This document shows, in pieces, positions 18,370 through 28,356 of a DNA stretch of 64,000 bases. Under the pieces are notes generated by a model that was given only the letters and a program-made list of their open reading frames with translations, did no database searches and was not told the DNA's origin. Each line of letters opens with the position of its first letter. Positions within the stretch are counted from its first letter, which is position 1. The stretch covers positions 468,730 through 532,729 of the IMG/VR virus record IMGVR_UViG_3300049215_000771. One strand, given 5' to 3'. Both the position numbers and the translations under genes were made by a program.

Positions 18370-18455
18370 TGGGCACTGAGGGAGTTGAACCCCTCGACGA
18401 CCGCCTGGATGTTTAACGTCACGAGTTTTACAGACTCGCACCAGGAACAGCGCCC
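18370..18455 (-). tRNA. Atypical tRNA-Tyr(GUA)-like RNA lacking a normal D-arm
   Basis: Acceptor stem, CGAGT-CTGTAAA-ACTCG and T-arm present; D region only ~9 nt. Confidence 0.7.
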
Positions 18456-18512
18456 AAATCATACCCCAATTTTAGGGCATTGTAAACCAGGTCTTGCTAA
18501 CTACAATTCACC

Positions 18513-18944
18513 ATGCACAAAAACTCCAAGAAACAAGGTGATGCCTGCCTCGGTGGTGCAATCGCTTATTTCACTCACAAGGGCTACGGCGTATCAATAC
18601 CATTAACCGACAGTCAGGATTATGACCTGATCGTAGACATTGACGACACGCTCAATCGTGTGCAAGTCAAAACTACTTATTTCGCTCGCCCAAACAGCAA
18701 GGGACAATTGGAATACTACGTTTCTCTTTCTACCAAGGGCGGCAACAAATCACGCCAAACCATCAAATACTTCGATCCGAACCGTGTCGAAATACTGTAC
18801 ATCGTCACGCACGGCGGGGATCACTACTGTATCCCGATGAAGGATGGTTTCAGCGCCAAAAGCACACTTAGGTTGTCCTCCAAATACGACCGTTACAAAG
18901 TGCATCCGGCAGGAATCGAACCTGCAAGTCCCGAAGGAAGCTGA
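18513..18944 (+). CDS. PD-(D/E)XK endonuclease (homing type)
   Basis: KQGD...VSIPLTDSQDYDLIVD...RVQVKT. Confidence 0.85.
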   Translation: MHKNSKKQGDACLGGAIAYFTHKGYGVSIPLTDSQDYDLIVDIDDTLNRVQVKTTYFARPNSKGQLEYYVSLSTKGGNKSRQTIKYFDPNRVEILYIVTHGGDHYCIPMKDGFSAKSTLRLSSKYDRYKVHPAGIEPASPEGS

Positions 18945-18984
18945 TTTACAGTCAGCTAGGCCCACCACACTGCCCAACGGATGC
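18901..18984 (-). tRNA. tRNA-Tyr(GUA)
   Basis: GCTGA-CTGTAAA-TCAGC. Confidence 0.92.
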
Positions 18985-18999
18985 GTTCGTAGCCAACAC

Positions 19000-19464
19000 T
19001 CATTTACACGGTTCAACGACGACGGCGACATGCGCCGGCGTTTCCATCGGCCTCCAGTTCATGGCCTTGTAGTCGAAAAACATATCGACAAAACCCAGGA
19101 CCAGTTCCTTCTCCAACGGCAGTTTGTAATTGTCCACGATGGTCAACTGCCCTACCCGCCCCATCTGCGGAACGTCCATCTCATAATAGCACAACTGGAG
19201 AGCGTGCAGTCCGAGACGGATGTACTTGTTGTACTCCTTGCAAGCCGAAGTAGCGTCCGGCCCATGAATCCTCAACATCGGGCCGACCATTTCTTTGTCC
19301 ACTGTCTCGTCTGCCTGAGCAGTTTTGCACGCCTTCAGGAAGTCGAATGGCGGATCAGCCTTCGCCTTTGCCTTCATCTGTTCGACCAGCGACTCCAATT
19401 CCTCCCAAGAAACTTCCTTGTAAAACAAGTCGCCGTTTTCGTCTTTCAGGTTGAAACCAAACAT
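19000..19464 (-). CDS. Hypothetical protein
   Basis: 154-aa ORF between tRNAs. Confidence 0.65.
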   Translation of the reverse strand: MFGFNLKDENGDLFYKEVSWEELESLVEQMKAKAKADPPFDFLKACKTAQADETVDKEMVGPMLRIHGPDATSACKEYNKYIRLGLHALQLCYYEMDVPQMGRVGQLTIVDNYKLPLEKELVLGFVDMFFDYKAMNWRPMETPAHVAVVVEPCK

Positions 19465-19484
19465 TTCAGGTTCTCCAAGGCGAG

Positions 19485-19560
19485 TAGCCGGGAGGGGACT
19501 CGAACCCCTAAGACTCTAGGTTTGAGCTAGAGATGTCTGCCAAGATTGCATCACCCGGCC
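19485..19560 (-). tRNA. tRNA-Leu(CAA), short variable loop
   Basis: TCTAG-CTCAAAC-CTAGA, 5-nt variable loop. Confidence 0.88.
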
Positions 19561-19937
19561 AAATCTTCCAACAACTGATCCACACAACTTTCCAGGTCCA
19601 CCAGCGATTCACCCTCGAAAGTGAATTCCAACAAATGTTCCGCTTCAACATCCCTCATCTCAGGCATGAATGGATACGCCTTCAAGAAGGCTCTCGTCTT
19701 GTCGGGATATTCCTCGTCCCAAAACAAGTGCAAGTTCGTCTTGCCGAAGCGACCAACATGGGTCACACACTGACACTTCTTCTGGCAGAACTCCTTGATC
19801 TCCTTCAGAATCTCGAAACTGAGCAGCTTGAACTGGAACGTCACAGCCCTGGTCTGGACCTGAACCTCCAGGTCGTCACCCAGCATTACATCCCAATTGT
19901 CAGTATGGGCCACCGCCGCCACGCCAGACTCAGCCAT
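19551..19937 (-). CDS. Hypothetical protein
   Basis: ORF ends inside the tRNA 5' end. Confidence 0.55.
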   Translation of the reverse strand: MAESGVAAVAHTDNWDVMLGDDLEVQVQTRAVTFQFKLLSFEILKEIKEFCQKKCQCVTHVGRFGKTNLHLFWDEEYPDKTRAFLKAYPFMPEMRDVEAEHLLEFTFEGESLVDLESCVDQLLEDLAG

Positions 19938-20175
19938 CTTTCGTTACCACCGTTCCTTCTGGAATCTCAACATCTTGAATGTTGCGAAACATCAAGGCCA
20001 CTCCCTCGCCGGCCTTGGCGGACTCCCTCAAGCGAGCGTAGTTTTCGATGGCGGACAGGACGGCGGTGTGCGAGCCGATGGTCAGTTTCTCACCAACCCG
20101 CACATCGCATTCCAGTCTGCCAACAAGCTGTGTGCCCTTGACTCGGTACACACGCTCAACGGTCATCACCTTCAT
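19930..20175 (-). CDS. Stand-alone EF-Tu domain II-like protein
   Basis: Aligns by eye to domain II of the tuf gene in this window (AKAGEGVALMFR vs [12 protein letters not shown]). Confidence 0.75.
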   Translation of the reverse strand: MKVMTVERVYRVKGTQLVGRLECDVRVGEKLTIGSHTAVLSAIENYARLRESAKAGEGVALMFRNIQDVEIPEGTVVTKDG

Positions 20176-20458
20176 TGAATTCCTTCAACTGTTCCTTGAA
20201 GGACAATTCCGACAAGATTTCGTGTTCGTGTTTGCTCCGCTTGGGAAACTTGTCACTGTGGCAGACTCCACACTGAGTATTGCCGCAGTCCCAGGCGTCC
20301 TTCTTGCGGAACCGACCGATCTGTTCGTCGCATTCACAATCAACGACGTAGGGATCAGCGCCGATCTTGCCTCGGTCCTTGTTGCTCTCGACGTGCATAC
20401 GCCGATGTTTCTTCCACTCACGACGAGCAATCCGCTCATCTTCGTGCCATCGTTTCAT
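20156..20458 (-). CDS. Hypothetical Cys-containing protein
   Basis: DCG..CGVCH. Confidence 0.6.
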   Translation of the reverse strand: MKRWHEDERIARREWKKHRRMHVESNKDRGKIGADPYVVDCECDEQIGRFRKKDAWDCGNTQCGVCHSDKFPKRSKHEHEILSELSFKEQLKEFNEGDDR

Positions 20459-20517
20459 CAGTACCTCCGTAATGGGAATAGAAGTTAGGCTTCTGTTCCC
20501 CGGAGATACGAACGAAA

Positions 20518-20763
20518 TTACACATGGCTACTCCTGCATGTAGGGCAAAGAACTGTCCAATCTTCCCAGGAATGGCCCCCTTCAGTCCTGGTGATGTCTT
20601 CAACCAGCCACCCCGCATCTTTGGCTACTTGTGCCATACTTGCCCAGGTAGCTCCCGGCTCGTGCTGTTTGCCGTCCTCGTAGGTGTTGCATTTCTCGCA
20701 AATGAACCCGGCATAAACCAGCGCCACAAGTTCATATGGGTCGTCAGCATTAGTCGCTTCCAT
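20518..20763 (-). CDS. Zn-binding hypothetical protein
   Basis: CEKC...AGW...LCPTC. Confidence 0.55.
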   Translation of the reverse strand: MEATNADDPYELVALVYAGFICEKCNTYEDGKQHEPGATWASMAQVAKDAGWLVEDITRTEGGHSWEDWTVLCPTCRSSHV

Positions 20764-20949
20764 CGCCCTCGCTCTCCTTAACATGCTTGTCGAATTCTTC
20801 CATCAACATCTCGGTCTGAGCGACCAATTCCGGTGATGGCTCCGTTGTCCAGGGGATAGAAGGAACCTTCATTCGCCACTTGCGACAAGTACACCAGTGA
20901 GTTTCCGTTTTACGGGTGAACTTCATTTCGTGTCTGATCTTACCCATAG

Positions 20950-21026
20950 TGCCCAGGGTGGGACTCGAACCCACAAGACCCTCGTTCTGAGCGAGAGATG
21001 TCTGCCTATTTTTGCATCACCTGGGC
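20950..21026 (-). tRNA. tRNA-Leu(CAG), short variable loop
   Basis: TCTCG-CTCAGAA-CGAGG, 5-nt variable loop. Confidence 0.88.
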
Positions 21027-21030
21027 ATAT

Positions 21031-21105
21031 TGTAGGGACGTATTCGATGACCTTTGCTCCCCGTAGTTGAGAACAGCTTTCGCTTGGGGTCATCTAGCCC
21101 CTACA
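21031..21105 (-). ncRNA. Small structured RNA candidate
   Basis: TGTAGGGGC/GTCCCTACA, GATGACC/GGTCATC, AGC-GAAA-GCT. Confidence 0.5.
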
Positions 21106-21141
21106 GTATTTAGACGCACCTGCGTCCAAGAGGTTCGCAAT

Positions 21142-22323
<1,182 letters not shown>

Positions 22324-22444
22324 TTCAAACTCCTAGTTGGTTCCAACGAGGAACCGTTCAGGGCCATTAGTCCCGCCAACCCAACCCTTTCGAGTCTTTT
22401 CACCACAACGAGTGAATGCCAGAGTTGTCAAAGAACCGATGCAG

Positions 22445-22527
22445 TGCGGCGGGTGGGAGTCGAACCCACAAGGGCTTTCGCCCGCAGCGTTCTGAGCGCT
22501 GTGCGTTTACCGTTTCGCCACCGCCGC
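22445..22527 (-). tRNA. tRNA-Leu(CAG), long arm
   Basis: CAGCG-CTCAGAA-CGCTG. Confidence 0.95.
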
Positions 22528-22530
22528 AAC

Positions 22531-22761
22531 TTACTTCTTCATTTCGTCGTACACTTGCAAGGCAAAATCAACCCACTTCGCCTTGACATCAGGAGGCATC
22601 CCCTTCTCGTCGGCCTTCGCCTCGCAGAGATGTTGATACGCCTCACGGGAGTCAGCTTGTTGGTAAAAAGCCAACAGCGTGTTCTGCATGTCGTTGAGAA
22701 CTTCGTCTTCGCTGGGAACCGCATTCCAGGCCATTATTCTCTCCTTATCCACACGCTCCAT
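22531..22761 (-). CDS. Hypothetical protein
   Basis: Small ORF. Confidence 0.5.
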   Translation of the reverse strand: MERVDKERIMAWNAVPSEDEVLNDMQNTLLAFYQQADSREAYQHLCEAKADEKGMPPDVKAKWVDFALQVYDEMKK

Positions 22762-22990
22762 CTTCGATCTTGACGATCACCTTGTCAGTTTTCACCGCAT
22801 AGGTCAGCATCGTCCAGTCGGCGTCCTTTTCCTTCACCTTCGCCGCTTGCAAGGCCACCTTCTTAAACCTCTCCACGACGGCGAGGGCAGCCCGCAACTC
22901 GTCAGTTTCCTGCTTCGTTGCCGAGATCACCACCGAGCGTTCGCCACGCACGGCCCCGTCGTAACCCTTGATGACTTCTTCAGCTTTCAT
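22745..22990 (-). CDS. Hypothetical protein
   Basis: Start MKAEE after the tRNA-like RNA. Confidence 0.55.
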   Translation of the reverse strand: MKAEEVIKGYDGAVRGERSVVISATKQETDELRAALAVVERFKKVALQAAKVKEKDADWTMLTYAVKTDKVIVKIEDGACG

Positions 22991-23006
22991 AGTTGCCTCG
23001 CAGAAA

Positions 23007-23097
23007 TTGGCAAGGTGGGATTCGATACCCACACGGTAGATTCGTCAACCTACCAACCCCCTCTAGCGGGGGCTGCGTCTTCTTCCGCCACTTGCCA
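23007..23097 (-). tRNA. Leu-like tRNA with 8-nt anticodon loop and 8-nt T loop
   Basis: GCCCC-CGCTAGAG-GGGGT; T loop TATCGAAT. Confidence 0.7.
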
Positions 23098-23098
23098 G

Positions 23099-23174
23099 TG
23101 TCCAAGGTGGGACTCGAACCCACAAAATCACCAGATTCTCAACCTGGCGGCTTTGCCAATTTGCCTACCTGGAC
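23099..23174 (-). tRNA. tRNA-Leu(GAG), short variable loop
   Basis: CCAGG-TTGAGAA-TCTGG. Confidence 0.88.
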
Positions 23175-23618
23175 AATTCTCTGGCTATGACAATTAGGAC
23201 ATAGAAACTGCAAGTTTTCTTTCCTGTTGTCGAGCCAGTTATCGTTCTTGTGGTCAACTTCCAACACCAACGGTTTGCCGTTCCATACATCCGTTTGACC
23301 ACAACACGCACATTTATACTCAACTCCCGATTCGATCAATGCCCGCCGCAGCATATACCCGTGAGTTCTGCGGTCGCCCTCGGACAACACCAGTATTTCA
23401 GACCAGTGCTTCTTCAGTCCGTTCGTCAATCCCTTCCGTGACGCTTGCCCCAAAAAATGAGTCGTATCAATCTCGTATCTTTTGAGAAGAGCCTTAATAT
23501 GCGATTGACTCCCCCCGGTCAGCTTGAGGCCCAACATTCGCAAAACATCACGAATGCAAATGGACTCCTTGGCAATTTCCCCAAGCAACTCTTTGGTGTA
23601 TTTCGTCTTGTTTCCCAT
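23139..23618 (-). CDS. HNH endonuclease (paralogue of 11298-11744)
   Basis: LEVDHKNDNWLDNRKENLQFLCPNCHSQ; stop lies in the tRNA anticodon loop. Confidence 0.9.
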   Translation of the reverse strand: MGNKTKYTKELLGEIAKESICIRDVLRMLGLKLTGGSQSHIKALLKRYEIDTTHFLGQASRKGLTNGLKKHWSEILVLSEGDRRTHGYMLRRALIESGVEYKCACCGQTDVWNGKPLVLEVDHKNDNWLDNRKENLQFLCPNCHSQRIVQVGKLAKPPG

Positions 23619-23643
23619 GAAGACATTATAGCAAACATATCTG

Positions 23644-23883
23644 TCATTTGCAAGTAATGTCTTCCAGTCTCGTGTACTGCCAGAAGTAAATGCTACCCTT
23701 GTCGCTGTTCAACTTGTTCAGCCGCTTCACTTCCGCTTCTGCCCGTTCCGGCGTCGGAACTACCTTCTTCACCGTGAGTCGCATCTTCAACTCGTCCGGC
23801 GTCAGTTTCACCGCTCCCGACGCTATCTCGGTTGGTTCTAAGTCCAGCCTCAGTACGGCGTAAGCAGGGGCTAGGGGAATCAT
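23644..23883 (-). CDS. Hypothetical protein
   Basis: Small ORF. Confidence 0.55.
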   Translation of the reverse strand: MIPLAPAYAVLRLDLEPTEIASGAVKLTPDELKMRLTVKKVVPTPERAEAEVKRLNKLNSDKGSIYFWQYTRLEDITCK

Positions 23884-23978
23884 CGAACAACAACCTCATG
23901 TAATTGTCCACTGTTCTCGTCTGAATCTGACCGCCTCTCTCGAAGCGGTCCCACTGTTTTTCAGAGATACCAGTAAAC

Positions 23979-24266
23979 TCATCGCTCGTCATCGCCGACT
24001 TCCCGGAGGGTGCGGTCGGCTTTTTCGATCTTGTCGAAGTCTTCGTTGTAGAGGGCGAACCGGATTTCTTGCGTTTCGTCATTGGAAAGTACCGCCCGGA
24101 TTGGGAAGTCAACCACAATGGTCGTCGGTTCCTCCAGTTCCACGCTGGCCTCGTCGCCTTCTTCCTCCGCAGGCATGTCGATCCGCATGAACTGAGAAAG
24201 ATTGATGGTATAATCCAACAAGTGCGGCTCGGCTTCCGCCATCTCAACCAAATCACGCAGTTTCAT
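23979..24266 (-). CDS. Acidic hypothetical protein
   Basis: Start MKLRDL. Confidence 0.55.
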   Translation of the reverse strand: MKLRDLVEMAEAEPHLLDYTINLSQFMRIDMPAEEEGDEASVELEEPTTIVVDFPIRAVLSNDETQEIRFALYNEDFDKIEKADRTLREVGDDER

Positions 24267-24468
24267 GTTTTTCCTTATCGTGGATGCGCCACCCAGGACG
24301 TTCCTTGTAGAGAATGTCGTTGATGGCATCGCCGTAAACAAACCCCGCCTTCGCCTCGGTCGTCATCAGGCTGTGGGAAAGTTCTTCCAACTCGCTCACC
24401 ATCTCCTGATAGTCCTGAACGACTGCGATCAGTTCTTCCTTGGTCAGTTCGTGCAGTTGTCGTTGCAT
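24253..24468 (-). CDS. Hypothetical protein
   Basis: Small ORF. Confidence 0.5.
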   Translation of the reverse strand: MQRQLHELTKEELIAVVQDYQEMVSELEELSHSLMTTEAKAGFVYGDAINDILYKERPGWRIHDKEKHETA

Positions 24469-24469
24469 G

Positions 24470-24811
24470 TTAGTTCGCCGGCTCGATCTCACACTTCATG
24501 CTCCCCTTGCAGCGTGCCACACGCTTGTCAGGGCCGAAGCTGTGAACTTGTTCTTGTTTCAGTTCCGCCAGTTCCTTGCTGCAAGTCTTCAAAATGGCCC
24601 GGCCTTTGTGATGGACCGTTTCGGCAACCTTCTTCCCGTGCTGTACCGAGTGTCCAAACACCTTCTGGCACAACTCGATAACATAGTCAACCGTGTGATC
24701 GTCGTCATTGACCAAGATCACATTGTACGGAGGAAGAATCTTGTTCTTCGTCTCGTTGTCGGTTTGATCTTCCACGTCGATGCCCAAGTCGGGCAGAGTC
24801 GTTGTACTCAT
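24470..24811 (-). CDS. clpS: Clp protease adaptor ClpS
   Basis: PPYNVILVNDDDHTVDYVI...VHHKGRA...ELAELK. Confidence 0.92.
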   Translation of the reverse strand: MSTTTLPDLGIDVEDQTDNETKNKILPPYNVILVNDDDHTVDYVIELCQKVFGHSVQHGKKVAETVHHKGRAILKTCSKELAELKQEQVHSFGPDKRVARCKGSMKCEIEPAN

Positions 24812-25632
24812 TCGTCTGTTTCTTCCTTTCAAGAACTTCTTCAAAGTGAGCGATGACCTTGGCTCCACGCACCGGGCAGAAGCGGCCCTCGTTCACTTCT
24901 CTACGGTAGTAAGCGATCCAACCTTCCAGTTCTTTGACACTCCCCTGCTTCCGCAGGTTCATGTGCCCGCCGTAGATTCCCCGTCGCTGGGCGAGTTGTT
25001 GTCCCGCCCGATGTCGGGACTGCATTTCCCCTCGGATGATTCCGATTCTTGTTGATTCTGACATCGGTACTTTCCTGGTAATGGCCCTATCCAACCCTTT
25101 GGCAAACCATCGCCAACCGGAATATACCATCCGGTCGCCGTTTCGGGATGCCCTGTCTGTTGAAGAATCCCGATCAGTTCGCCGTTGAACTCACAGCCTT
25201 CGGGATAATCATCCGTACTGTATTTCGCCAGTACACCCTGAATGGCCTCGTTCAGTTCCTTCTTGATTTTCTCGATCACACTCATTTCTGCGCCCCACGC
25301 CTTATGCCCGCCAACTTCTTGCAAGATCGGCTCGTAGTATTTCCAGGCCGTAGCGTAAGGAATGTTGGTGTCACACCCTTCACAATCTTCTTCCAGCAAA
25401 TGATGCCCAACACCTTCTTCAGCACAAGCCGGGTCCGGGCAATGCCTCATTGGAGCATGACAGTTCGGACAAACGTAGTAAAACTTCCTGCCACTGGCGT
25501 CGGTACTCCATTCAATCGACCGGGCCTGAAACTCCCTCCAAGTGATCGCCCCATCTTCGTACAACTTGCGAAGTCGGCGGGGGTCCATCTTCTTGTATGG
25601 TCCAGCCGGGCCGTTGATGGTTATGAGCCGTC

Positions 25633-25974
25633 TCAGGTATCTTTGAGCGCCTTCATCACGGCGTTGAACGCTGCTGTCGCCCGTTCCTTGTCCCCGATCT
25701 TGTTGACCGCCCATAACATCAACCTCAAGTCGTTCGCTTGAGCCTCCAGCGCCGTTTGCGGGATTGGGAAAGCATCTCCATTGCGGTCATGCTTGCCGTA
25801 CCTGTCGATTTTTCGAGCCTCGGCGATGGCTTCTTCGTCGCCTTCGAGGATGCGTTGCACCAGACCACGTTCGTTGAGAGCCGCCAGGAAATTGAAAACT
25901 TCACCTTTGCTGATGGTCAACTTCTCGGCCAGCATTTCACACAGCTTCCAGCGATCCTTCATCGACATCGCCAT
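25633..25974 (-). CDS. Hypothetical protein
   Basis: ORF with GGAG SD. Confidence 0.6.
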   Translation of the reverse strand: MAMSMKDRWKLCEMLAEKLTISKGEVFNFLAALNERGLVQRILEGDEEAIAEARKIDRYGKHDRNGDAFPIPQTALEAQANDLRLMLWAVNKIGDKERATAAFNAVMKALKDT

Positions 25975-25988
25975 AACTGTTCTCCAAG

Positions 25989-26070
25989 TGCCTCCCCAGG
26001 GGATTGAACCCTAACCTTCTGCTTTTCAGGCAGATGTGCAGACCAAATGGAACCACTACACCAGAGAGGC
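25989..26070 (-). tRNA. tRNA-Phe(GAA), enlarged D loop
   Basis: TCTGC-CTGAAAA-GCAGA. Confidence 0.85.
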
Positions 26071-26277
26071 AATCATTCATCCCACAACTGATACCGCCAA
26101 TGCTTTGGGATAGAAGCAAGGGGGATTTTCGTCGGTTTGTCACACGCCGCACACACGCAATAGGCTCCCACTTCCATCGCATCCTTGATGTCTTCTACCG
26201 TCACCGCCAGAACCGACTTGCAGTGTTCGCATACCACCCGAATGGTGTTGTTATTTTCAACAATTCTCATGGAAGCC

Positions 26278-26541
26278 TCAATCTTCCGGTCGTCCCCACC
26301 GATGATGGTCGTGATCGTCCCTGGCGTAATCATCCGGGTTGAAGTATTGCAAGTTGCCGGACCAGTGATCGACTTGCTCCACGAATGCCCGCAGGCTGTT
26401 ATAAACTTCCAATATCCCGGCTTTCTGCATCTTATTGTAGTTCCGAGACTCGCCCTTGGTTGCCGTGGTTTCCTCGATGAACTTCACTAACGTCCGTGCT
26501 TCGTCCACAGTAAGCACTGACCACTGAAAAGGCAATAGCAT
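26278..26541 (-). CDS. Hypothetical protein
   Basis: Small ORF. Confidence 0.45.
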   Translation of the reverse strand: MLLPFQWSVLTVDEARTLVKFIEETTATKGESRNYNKMQKAGILEVYNSLRAFVEQVDHWSGNLQYFNPDDYARDDHDHHRWGRPED

Positions 26542-26801
26542 TACAACTCCAAACCACCGTTGACCAGAATTTCTCGAACCTCAGCAGAACTACCGATGGG
26601 TTCCAGGGCGGCATACAACTGCTCGGCGACATAAACCTCGCTTGCGCCCTCATGGTTGACCACCCGAACCTGAGTCGGGTCCGCCTCAACCGGAAACGCC
26701 TCGTACTCACCTGTGACGAAAACCAGGAAGCAGTGATTGATCTGCTTGATCCTTTCTTCGTCATCGAGAGCAGGCGGAAGAAACTCGTTCCAATAACCCA
26801 T
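26541..26801 (-). CDS. Hypothetical protein
   Basis: Start MGYWNEF with AGGAG SD. Confidence 0.55.
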   Translation of the reverse strand: MGYWNEFLPPALDDEERIKQINHCFLVFVTGEYEAFPVEADPTQVRVVNHEGASEVYVAEQLYAALEPIGSSAEVREILVNGGLEL

Positions 26802-26813
26802 GTTTTTTTCTCC

Positions 26814-26903
26814 TGGCGGTAACGAAGGGAATTGAACCCATAAGGCGGTTTCCCGCTCGGCGGCTCTTGTGCCGTTGCCTTCTCCACTTAGGCTTGCGCT
26901 ACC
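26814..26903 (-). tRNA. Ser-like tRNA with 6-nt anticodon loop and encoded CCA
   Basis: GGTAGCG/CGTTACC-G-CCA; CGGC-ACAAGA-GCCG; long arm. Confidence 0.65.
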
Positions 26904-26969
26904 AGATTTCGCCATTTGCTCCGCTGTTGATGGCATTGATCGACTCATCATCCATCCTTGCTCTACCAG

Positions 26970-27043
26970 TGCCCAGGGTCGGACTTGAACCGACGACCTT
27001 CTGCTCTTCAGGCAGACGCTACTACCAACTGAGCTACCTGGGC
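26970..27043 (-). tRNA. tRNA-Phe(GAA)
   Basis: TCTGC-CTGAAGA-GCAGA. Confidence 0.95.
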
Positions 27044-27060
27044 CAAACCATTCAGTAAAA

Positions 27061-27172
27061 AAGGGCGTGCAGGATGATGGGACTCGAACCCACCTGTACC
27101 TACCTTGCACGGCTTGCGCCGCTTGGGGACTCGCTGCCAACTGCTCATTACGGTCACACCCTGCACGCCCTT
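27061..27172 (-). ncRNA. tRNA-like RNA with 16-bp terminal stem
   Basis: AAGGGCGTGCAGGGTG/CATCCTGCACGCCCTT plus T-arm GTGGG-TTCGAGT-CCCAT; no canonical anticodon arm. Confidence 0.65.
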
Positions 27173-27520
27173 GGTCCTTAGCCCCTCACTCGCCCGTGAA
27201 CCGTTCGCTTCCTGCGACGGTTGAACCGGAAGTTATTCCAGTAGGCTTTTCGCCTCCAGACGCCTTGGGACTTTTTCTTCTTCCTTTGTTTCAACTTTGC
27301 CTCCGCAGTTGAGGAATTGGTAGTTTCCAACGCCGTTGCAGAGGACGCAGATGACCATTTTATTTACTCCCAGGTTGCGGCCTTTTCTTCAACCAAGGCG
27401 TATGCCGCTTCGCCTGACACTCGGCTGTGCAGAAATGCAGCAGCCGCCTTTTGCCACGAACCGTGTGATATGGGCCTTCAATCACTGTGCGGCAACCGTC
27501 GCACACAACTCCACCCATTT

Positions 27521-27766
27521 TTAACACGACTCGTCTCCCGAACGCTCGAAAAGTGAACCCTTCACTTCATGTCCGATGCCGACACACTTGACGCCAGCCT
27601 GGACAACGTGACTTCCCAGCCGCCCCTTGTGGACCTTCACGACCTTGCTACACCAGGGACATTTGACTTCCTTCAGCTTCGACAAATCTTTCTTCTCATA
27701 GCCCCTGTGAACCTTCTTTCGTTCAAGGTGCTTGCCGGTATTTGTCGGAATGTTCTTGTTTGCCAT
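27521..27766 (-). CDS. Basic Zn-finger-like protein
   Basis: CPWC...H...C. Confidence 0.5.
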   Translation of the reverse strand: MANKNIPTNTGKHLERKKVHRGYEKKDLSKLKEVKCPWCSKVVKVHKGRLGSHVVQAGVKCVGIGHEVKGSLFERSGDESC

Positions 27767-27776
27767 GTTACACCAG

Positions 27777-27894
27777 CGGATCAGAACGGGACTCGAACCC
27801 GCAACATGAATTTGGGTAGCGATTTTGCTACAAGACCCCCATGTACCTTACCTTTTTAGGGCTTAGTGCTTCTGCCGTTTCTGCCACCTGATCC
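27777..27894 (-). ncRNA. 118-nt expanded tRNA-like RNA
   Basis: GGATCAG/CTGATCC-G, D- and T-arms, loop CTAAAAA, ~45-nt variable region. Confidence 0.65.
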
Positions 27895-27896
27895 AG

Positions 27897-27984
27897 CGGA
27901 AGGTGCGGGAGTCGAACTCGCAACACCCCTTTCAGGGTGTGTCCCGTTTCGAGCGGGGTGGGCCTGCCAATGCCCAAACCTTCC
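27897..27984 (-). tRNA. tRNA-Ser(CGA), second copy
   Basis: CCCG-CTCGAAA-CGGG, long arm, G73. Confidence 0.88.
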
Positions 27985-27986
27985 AG

Positions 27987-28247
27987 TTACATTCTTGCTC
28001 TGACATCACACCATCGAATCCGACGAACGGTGTAAGCACCACGAAGTTCACCATCTTCAATCGCCGCCAGCGCCTCTTCTTCCGTATCATACGACATCGT
28101 GTATATCGACGCCGTGTTGAGGTTGAGAATTCGCCATTCCTTCGACCGACCATCAAAAATAGCCGTCTCGAAGATGAGAGTACCAGTCCTTCGGACACCC
28201 TTCAACCACTCCATGTCTTCAGGACCGCCAGTGATGAAATCACCCAT
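27987..28247 (-). CDS. Hypothetical protein
   Basis: GGAGG SD; between tRNAs. Confidence 0.6.
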   Translation of the reverse strand: MGDFITGGPEDMEWLKGVRRTGTLIFETAIFDGRSKEWRILNLNTASIYTMSYDTEEEALAAIEDGELRGAYTVRRIRWCDVRARM

Positions 28248-28262
28248 AACAAATCCTCCAAG

Positions 28263-28351
28263 CGGAAGGTGAGGGAGTTGAACCCTCAGCCCCCTTGCGG
28301 GGGCACCAACTTAGCAGGTTGGCGTGACGAACCGATAGTCACCTACCTTCC
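28263..28351 (-). tRNA. tRNA-Ser(GCU)
   Basis: CCAAC-CTGCTAA-GTTGG. Confidence 0.93.
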
Positions 28352-28356
28352 AAACA

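Noticed and set aside
21050-21085. 16S rRNA mimic (GCGAAAGC...GGGGAGCAAA)
   Set aside because: Two short matches with different spacing; chance cannot be excluded.
23007-23097. Firm amber-suppressor call
   Set aside because: The loop is 8 nt and lacks U33, so the anticodon register is ambiguous.
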